IMG/VR virus record: IMGVR_UViG_2695420658_000003 | Length of the DNA stretch: 4,511 nucleotides | Direction: 5' to 3' (one strand) | Source: a virus | Lineage: Duplodnaviria > Heunggongvirae > Uroviricota > Caudoviricetes | Part shown: in pieces, positions 1 through 4,511 of the stretch | Numbering within the stretch: the first letter of the stretch is position 1 | How the letters are laid out: each line of letters begins with the position of its first letter | Notes under the pieces: generated by a model | The model's database searches: none | The model's input: the letters and a program-made list of their open reading frames with translations, nothing else | What the model was told of the DNA's origin: nothing | Position numbers and translations under genes: made by a program

Positions 1-8
1 ACACTAAA

Positions 9-140
9 TCAGTAAGTTGGCAGCATCACCGTTTTAACGTTACTAATAAATCGTGAAACAATCTCCTCATTTGTTAGTATTTTCGCCTGAGCACAGCAAG
101 AGGTTAATATTGCAACCGTCATTAAAAATGGCTTTATCAC
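9..140 (-). CDS. hypothetical small protein (43 aa), possible lipoprotein precursor; candidate moron downstream of the tape measure gene
   Basis: Minus-strand frame open from a GTG at 138..140 to a TGA at 9..11; the other two minus frames are full of stops. GGAG (plus 149..152) lies 8 nt upstream of the GTG. Predicted product MIKPFLMTVAILTSCCAQAKILTNEEIVSRFISNVKTVMLPTY has a Lys-containing N-region, a hydrophobic stretch, then L-T-S-C resembling a lipobox. An ATG at 120..122 is an alternative start (37 aa) with no obvious SD. The ORF is very short and lies in AT-rich DNA, so chance occurrence is not excluded. Confidence 0.3.
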   Translation of the reverse strand: MIKPFLMTVAILTSCCAQAKILTNEEIVSRFISNVKTVMLPTY

Positions 141-207
141 AAAACAAACTCCATTGTTAGCATGTTACGCGATAATTTTGCCTCATCTTTCACCACAAAA
201 AAAGAAC

Positions 208-2157
208 TCACCTTTTAAATGGAGAATACCCAACATCATGGGTGATTTTCATAAAGGGATCGCCTGTTTTCGGCAAATCGATAACGCGCATTCCAGGCGG
301 CGCGTTGTCAAACGTCACCTTAAGTTCGCTGCGGGTTGCCGGTGAAGATGCAAGGCTTAACAGCTGATTCCTTTCCAGTGATACATTCGGGGTGTAGCGT
401 TTATCGGGAGATAAATACCCATCACCACGTGGCATCTGCCATCCGGTCATGTCATAGACAAAATCATGGAACTGTTTGCCCCACTCGTCGAACTTATCAT
501 TCAGACCAAATCCACTGTTCAGTGCATCAGCCACAAAATTTTTAACAAGCCAGGGATGTGCTTTTTCAAACTCCTGCGCCATCATGCCCAGTTCAAGCAA
601 TCCACCAATCAGACTGATCTTTCCGAGGCCCTTTAATTTCAGCCCTGTTTTTCCTGCCGCCGTTGTCCATTGATTCTGGGCGACTGTTGCCGCACGAATA
701 CTTGCCACCGCCTTCACACCAATATACAGGGCAGAAACCGTTGCTATTGTTTTTACTGCCTGTTCCCATCCCCCCATTGCTCTGACAACCTGATCAACCT
801 CCTGCCAGACTTTTTTCACAACCGGACCGACCGTTTCCCAGTTATCAATTATGAGATATGCACCACCGACGAGAAGCGCAATTAATCCCTTTGCCGGCGT
901 CATATTCATCACGCTACCCATGATTTTTGTTATGCGTGTCAATGTGCCAATCGCCACGCCCATCGTCAGTAATGCCGCACCAGTTTTCGCGATGGTTTTT
1001 ACGACCTCAGGATTTTCTCTGACAAACGTGCGCACTTCTTCCAGAAAAGGCTTCATCTCTTTTATGCCTTCATTGAGTGAAGGCAGGAAGGTTTCCCCCA
1101 GCGTGGAAGAAATCGCATTGATCTGGTTCTGCAGCAGCAACAACTGATTTTCTGTCGTCGCGGCACGGGCGGCATATTCTTTCTGCATTGAGCCGCCATA
1201 CTGCTGCGCATCCGCCACACGATTAAAGTTGGTTCGCAACAAATCCAGATTCGTGAGCAGCGGCGCAATGGCCCCCAGGGATTCCTTCCCGAACAGCGCT
1301 TTCAGCACAGCAGCCTGTTTTTCTTTCGGCACTTTTGCCAGAGAATCCAGTACGTGCAGCATGGCCCCGCGGGCGTCTTTCTGCATATCCGCCGCCAGTT
1401 TTTTCGGGCTAATGCGCAACGAGCGGAGCACTTTTTTCTGCGATTTGGTGGCAGAATCCCTCGCTGTCAGCGACAACATAAAATTCTTTATCCCCGTCGC
1501 AGCAATTTCTGACTCCACCCCCATTCCGGCAATGGTTGCCCCCATTGCGGCAATCTCTCCGGAGGCCACACCCGCAACACTGCCTAAAGGGCCAATACGG
1601 GTCACAACATCAGAAATCTTTTTCGCACTTGCAGGACCGGTATTACCAAGATAGTTAATCTTATCCGCAAGCCCTGCCACCTCTCCCTGTGTCAGTTTAA
1701 AGGCAGTGCGCCACTGCGCCATCATCTGACCGGATTCTTCTGCCGTGGTGTCAAAGGCCACGCCCATCTTCACGGCATCGTCAGTAAACTGCATCAGCTC
1801 GTCACGGGCGATACCAGCCTGACCACCCGCCGCCACAATTTCGGCGATACCTTCCGCCGACATGGGCAGTTCTGTTGACAGGTCGCGCACCTGCTCCGTC
1901 ATTGCCTTAAACGCTTCCGGCGTATCCAGACCATCCACCACTTTCCGGACATCCGCCATTTTTGATTCAAGGGCAATGGCAGATTTGACCGGGAGCGCCA
2001 GCGCCCCCAGTACTGCGGTTCCGGCACCCGCTGCGCCCAGTAACAGGCTGGCAAACTCCTTTTTAAAACCTTTCAGCTGGCGCTGCATTCCCTTCAGCGG
2101 TGCCGATACCTTATCCACGGCAGTGATGATCGCCTTCAGCTGAAAACTGTCAGCCAT
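208..2157 (-). CDS. phage tail tape measure protein
   Basis: 649-aa product starting MADSFQLKAIITAVDK from the ATG at 2155..2157, ending at TGA 208..210. Ala/Gly-rich helical N-terminal region typical of tape measure proteins, internal hydrophobic segments (e.g. GLIALLVGGAYLIID), and position directly downstream of the tail assembly chaperone. The six-frame track extends the ORF to 2196 (MK + 10 X) through the N run; I treat that as an artefact of the ambiguous bases. The true start and its RBS cannot be verified because they abut the gap. Confidence 0.88.
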   Translation of the reverse strand: MADSFQLKAIITAVDKVSAPLKGMQRQLKGFKKEFASLLLGAAGAGTAVLGALALPVKSAIALESKMADVRKVVDGLDTPEAFKAMTEQVRDLSTELPMSAEGIAEIVAAGGQAGIARDELMQFTDDAVKMGVAFDTTAEESGQMMAQWRTAFKLTQGEVAGLADKINYLGNTGPASAKKISDVVTRIGPLGSVAGVASGEIAAMGATIAGMGVESEIAATGIKNFMLSLTARDSATKSQKKVLRSLRISPKKLAADMQKDARGAMLHVLDSLAKVPKEKQAAVLKALFGKESLGAIAPLLTNLDLLRTNFNRVADAQQYGGSMQKEYAARAATTENQLLLLQNQINAISSTLGETFLPSLNEGIKEMKPFLEEVRTFVRENPEVVKTIAKTGAALLTMGVAIGTLTRITKIMGSVMNMTPAKGLIALLVGGAYLIIDNWETVGPVVKKVWQEVDQVVRAMGGWEQAVKTIATVSALYIGVKAVASIRAATVAQNQWTTAAGKTGLKLKGLGKISLIGGLLELGMMAQEFEKAHPWLVKNFVADALNSGFGLNDKFDEWGKQFHDFVYDMTGWQMPRGDGYLSPDKRYTPNVSLERNQLLSLASSPATRSELKVTFDNAPPGMRVIDLPKTGDPFMKITHDVGYSPFKR

Positions 2158-2162
2158 GCTTC

Positions 2163-2189
2163 NNNNNNNNNNNNNNNNNNNNNNNNNNN
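2163..2189. other. run of 27 ambiguous bases (N): assembly gap or masked sequence
   Basis: Read directly from the sequence; translated as X in the overlapping ORF. Confidence 1.
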
Positions 2190-2190
2190 G

Positions 2191-2609
2191 CTTCATCTCC
2201 TCGTTAATGCGGACGGCCTCGGCTTCCAGTTCTGTAAACTGCGAAACAGCCCCCCGTCGCAGCTCCAGTGGATTCAGTTTCCAGAACCAGGCAACATTGT
2301 AGAGTCGTTTCCGGAGGTGCTTCCCGTCTCCGACTGGGTAAAAAAACGCAGGATCTGCATGCTGGTCTTAAAAATATCCAGTTTTGCCATCTGCGCCGCC
2401 GATGAACGCGGGATCCCCGCCAGCAACGGGATATATTTCAGTGCCACCTGGCTGTCCAGTTTAATACTGCCTTCACCGGAAATAATGAAAGGAAAACCCA
2501 GCGCCTCGATTTCGTCATACGTGGGCTCGCGCAACTCCAGCACATGCAGCATTTCGTTATGCGCTGTCACCGGTTTTTTTAAAACTATTTCTGTAACGTT
2601 CATTGCCAT
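2191..2609 (-). CDS. tail assembly chaperone, -1 frameshift-extended isoform (lambda G-T / P2 E+E' type); 3' end undetermined because it runs into the N gap
   Basis: After codon 90 of the chaperone (…ILRFF), a -1 slip on the minus-strand heptamer T_TTT_TTT (plus 2340..2346) enters a frame that stays open for 50 codons (YPVGDGKHLRKRLYNVAWFWKLNPLELRRGAVSQFTELEAEAVRINEEMK) down to 2191, then enters the N run. This frame is the same as the tape measure frame. Confidence 0.5.
2274..2609 (-). CDS. phage tail assembly chaperone (unshifted short product, 111 aa)
   Basis: ORF MAMNVTEIVLKKPV… between the tube and tape measure genes, the canonical chaperone position. The ATG at 2607..2609 overlaps the tube stop codon (TAATG). 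GGAGGG (plus 2618..2623, reverse complement) lies 8 nt upstream of the ATG. The size is typical for this family. Confidence 0.72.
   Translation of the reverse strand: MAMNVTEIVLKKPVTAHNEMLHVLELREPTYDEIEALGFPFIISGEGSIKLDSQVALKYIPLLAGIPRSSAAQMAKLDIFKTSMQILRFFTQSETGSTSGNDSTMLPGSGN
2340..2346 (-). other. candidate programmed -1 ribosomal frameshift slippery heptamer (T_TTT_TTT on the minus strand)
   Basis: Seven consecutive A on the plus strand at 2340..2346. In the chaperone frame they read CGT TTT TTT ACC, giving an X_XXY_YYZ heptamer with tandem Phe codons. The -1 frame downstream is open and leads toward the tape measure gene. Confidence 0.5.
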
Positions 2610-2965
2610 TACTGATACCCTCCCTCTTCGCCGTGGAATTCAAGATCTGCCGTGCCTTCTTCGGCATTATGATTAGCCTCTCCGTGCAGCCATGCCGCCG
2701 AAAGCACATACACCATGCCGTTTGCCAGCTCAGCGGTAATCGTCATCTGGTCTGAGGTGGTAATTTTGTCGACCGGAAAGTTTTTGGGCACTTTAAACGT
2801 GCCCTTAACGTAAGGTGACCGCCAGGTCTCCTTGTAATCCACATCCCCTGCCATGCCGACGATGTCATCCCGGACATTGGTGTTCATCGGCACTTCAATG
2901 CCACCTGTCAGCGATAACTGCTGACCATCCACTTTAAAAAAACAGGTTCCGGCGATCTTTGCCAT
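2609..2965 (-). CDS. phage tail tube protein (Mu gpM-like size class)
   Basis: 118-aa ORF MAKIAGTCFFKVDGQQLSLTGGIEV… immediately downstream of the sheath gene. The ATG at 2963..2965 overlaps the sheath stop codon (TAATG). Strong SD GAGGAG (plus 2974..2979, reverse complement) lies 8 nt upstream. Stop TAA at 2609..2611. Confidence 0.8.
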   Translation of the reverse strand: MAKIAGTCFFKVDGQQLSLTGGIEVPMNTNVRDDIVGMAGDVDYKETWRSPYVKGTFKVPKNFPVDKITTSDQMTITAELANGMVYVLSAAWLHGEANHNAEEGTADLEFHGEEGGYQ

Positions 2966-4461
2966 TATGCTGACTCCTCTGAATACTGAAGACGGAACTG
3001 GTTAACCACCGCAAAGACACGTAACTGATTAACATAATCCGGCGGGAACAGCGTATTCAGTCGGTTCGGGTTATCTGCATCACGCTCAACTATCAGATAC
3101 TGTTTAAACAGATCGTAATTTTCCACAATACCGGCACGCTCCATCTGACGATATGTCGCCAGAAGTTCCCCTTTGATAACGGCAGGAGTGACAATCGCCT
3201 GCCCCGGACCAAAACGGGTACCATCATTTGCCAGCTTGTGACGTCCGTACTTGCTTGTGATGACCGATTTCAGTTTGCGAAGAACATATGCACTGGTATG
3301 CAGAGTTTCACTGTCCAGATAGCTGTTGTCTGCCACGCCATACGCATTCTTTTTGTAGGTGGTTACGGAACGCTGGATCTGCAACGTGCCGCCTTCCACA
3401 TAAGCCGTCGCCACGCCGTGAGATAAAAGGGTCTGCTGCTCTGTCATGATGAATCGCTTACCTTTCGGTGCCGGAAGCATCCCCACCAGCTCCCCCGTCT
3501 GTGTCGGACGGGCAGGATCATTCCGGATAAATACCGCTTCACGGGCAAGGCGACTGGCAACCAGTTCATCGACAGGCGACTGGGTTTCTTTTTCGTAACC
3601 GGCAAGCGTGATATGTTGCTGATTATGCATATCTCCGGCACCAACCAGCTCTGACAGCGTTCCCAGTTTTGCGGTATAGCCATGCCCGTATAACTGGCGC
3701 GCATAACTCCAGCGACCGCTGCTGTCATTCATTTCGGTCATCATCATATTGATGGAGGCGGCATCGTTGAACGGCAGACCGATAAAGTCGAATGCCTCAT
3801 CGCCCATAGCAGCAACAGCGGCGGTAAGATCAGGCGCTCCGCTACCGGCAGCACCGACTTCCGTCACCACCCGAAGCCCTGCTGGCAGAATCTCACCACC
3901 ACCAGAACCATAATAATTCAGACAGACCGGTAACTCATTACCATACAGCCCCTTATGACGGGCAGTCAGCGTCACCACACCTGCATCAGATGACGCCGTA
4001 AACGGCAGGGTGATAACCCCGTTTACCGCTTCCTTAATCGCGGTGGCAACCGCAGTGGCATCATCGCCATTCACCACAGGCACCTGTACACGGGAGCGCC
4101 CGACATACAGACTCAGGGTGCCGCTTTCCTCTGCTTCTCCGGCAACCGTCACCCTGACCGTCGCCGCCGCCCCTCTGGCTTCCGGTACTGCAATAACATA
4201 CAGTTCACCGAAAGGATCTGTCTGACGGTAGACTTCCACCATACGCGCCAGCTGGCTCCCCGCCCCACAAATCTGGCGGGCATAATCTGCCGATGGCATC
4301 AGCACCAGGCTGTTAACCTCAATGGCTGCATCGTTGCTGGCATGCCCGATCAGTAATGCAGGCGCGCTGGTCACCGCTGTATTTGCCGCAGAATTGTTCA
4401 TCTCGGCGTAGAACAACGGCACCAGCGTATTCGACGGAACAGTATTAAAACTTATCGTCAT
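2965..4461 (-). CDS. phage tail sheath protein (contractile tail)
   Basis: 498-aa ORF MTISFNTVPSNTLVPLFYAEMNNS… as the first gene of the sheath-tube-chaperone-tape measure series. Start ATG at 4459..4461, preceded by AAGG (plus 4472..4475, reverse complement) with a 10-nt spacer. Stop TAA at 2965..2967. The size and N-terminal sequence are consistent with sheath proteins of Mu-like myoviruses as I recall them. Confidence 0.88.
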   Translation of the reverse strand: MTISFNTVPSNTLVPLFYAEMNNSAANTAVTSAPALLIGHASNDAAIEVNSLVLMPSADYARQICGAGSQLARMVEVYRQTDPFGELYVIAVPEARGAAATVRVTVAGEAEESGTLSLYVGRSRVQVPVVNGDDATAVATAIKEAVNGVITLPFTASSDAGVVTLTARHKGLYGNELPVCLNYYGSGGGEILPAGLRVVTEVGAAGSGAPDLTAAVAAMGDEAFDFIGLPFNDAASINMMMTEMNDSSGRWSYARQLYGHGYTAKLGTLSELVGAGDMHNQQHITLAGYEKETQSPVDELVASRLAREAVFIRNDPARPTQTGELVGMLPAPKGKRFIMTEQQTLLSHGVATAYVEGGTLQIQRSVTTYKKNAYGVADNSYLDSETLHTSAYVLRKLKSVITSKYGRHKLANDGTRFGPGQAIVTPAVIKGELLATYRQMERAGIVENYDLFKQYLIVERDADNPNRLNTLFPPDYVNQLRVFAVVNQFRLQYSEESA

Positions 4462-4473
4462 GATTTTTTAGCC

Positions 4474-4511
4474 TTATCCTTGAGGTGTACTGGCAATAGC
4501 GGACACTACCA
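4474..4511 (-). CDS. possible 3' end of an upstream minus-strand gene (partial; frame uncertain)
   Basis: One minus-strand frame is open from the window edge and ends …VVSAIASTPQG with TAA at 4474..4476, 12 nt before the sheath ATG. A second frame is also open and would stop just inside the sheath gene. With only about 12 codons visible, neither can be confirmed. Confidence 0.2.
   Translation of the reverse strand, partial: VVSAIASTPQG

Noticed and set aside
1-207. tRNA gene or attachment site in the AT-rich left end
   Set aside because: No T-loop-like GTTCRA motif with appropriate stems or CCA-adjacent acceptor pattern was seen on either strand. An att site would need a second repeat copy, which is not available in this window.
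190-210. T7 run on the minus strand immediately after the tape measure stop codon (plus 197..203) as a possible rho-independent terminator
   Set aside because: I could not find a GC-rich stem-loop immediately upstream of the T-run; the apparent CCATTTAAAAGG symmetry has no loop and is AT-rich. It may just be AT-rich spacer. An RNA folding program would be needed to be sure.
154-345. Plus-strand 63-aa ORF overlapping the 3' end of the tape measure gene
   Set aside because: Most of it is antisense to the tape measure C-terminus and the rest is in AT-rich DNA. No SD precedes its ATG and the product has no recognisable features.
1062-1268. Minus-strand 68-aa ORF inside the tape measure gene
   Set aside because: It is an out-of-frame ORF wholly embedded in the tape measure CDS on the same strand, with a Cys/Arg-rich composition typical of an off-frame translation.
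336-2143. Multiple plus-strand ORFs (336..545, 476..673, 670..885, 851..1147, 1229..1654, 1862..2143)
   Set aside because: All lie antisense to the tape measure CDS, which is strongly supported. Their products are low-complexity (Ser/Ala/Pro/Arg/Cys-rich) with no recognisable motifs, and they have no convincing RBS. Long antisense ORFs are expected opposite GC-rich coding sequence.
2317-2676. Plus-strand 119-aa ORF
   Set aside because: Antisense to the chaperone gene and the tube/chaperone junction; it would overlap two well-supported genes and has no RBS.
3238-4225. ORFs 3238..3426 (+), 3444..3728 (-) and 4010..4225 (+) inside the sheath gene
   Set aside because: Antisense or out-of-frame overlaps of the 498-aa sheath CDS with no independent support.
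1-4511. CRISPR arrays, tandem repeats, insertion sequence ends
   Set aside because: No regularly spaced direct repeats, no long inverted repeats and no transposase-like ORF were noticed on reading through. The window is densely coding on one strand.

Overview
The window is almost entirely one minus-strand operon encoding the core of a contractile (myovirus-type) phage tail: tail sheath (2965..4461), tail tube (2609..2965), tail assembly chaperone (2274..2609) with an apparent programmed -1 frameshift site, and tape measure protein (208..2157). Gene sizes (sheath 498 aa, tube 118 aa) fit my recollection of Mu/SfV-like tails better than P2-like ones. I cannot tell from this window whether it belongs to an intact prophage, a defective prophage or a tailocin. 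A 27-nt run of N (2163..2189) sits exactly at the chaperone/tape-measure junction and hides the end of the frameshift extension and the tape measure translation start. The only region that looks accessory is the left 207 bp: about 36% GC against roughly mid-50s% elsewhere, holding a 43-codon minus-strand ORF (9..140) with a Shine-Dalgarno-like site and a lipoprotein-like N-terminus. That ORF is a low-confidence candidate moron, not an established gene. I see no CRISPR array, RNA gene or mobile-element end, and I do not see strong evidence of a novel multi-gene system here. All calls rest on reading the sequence and on recalled family features; no database search was run.
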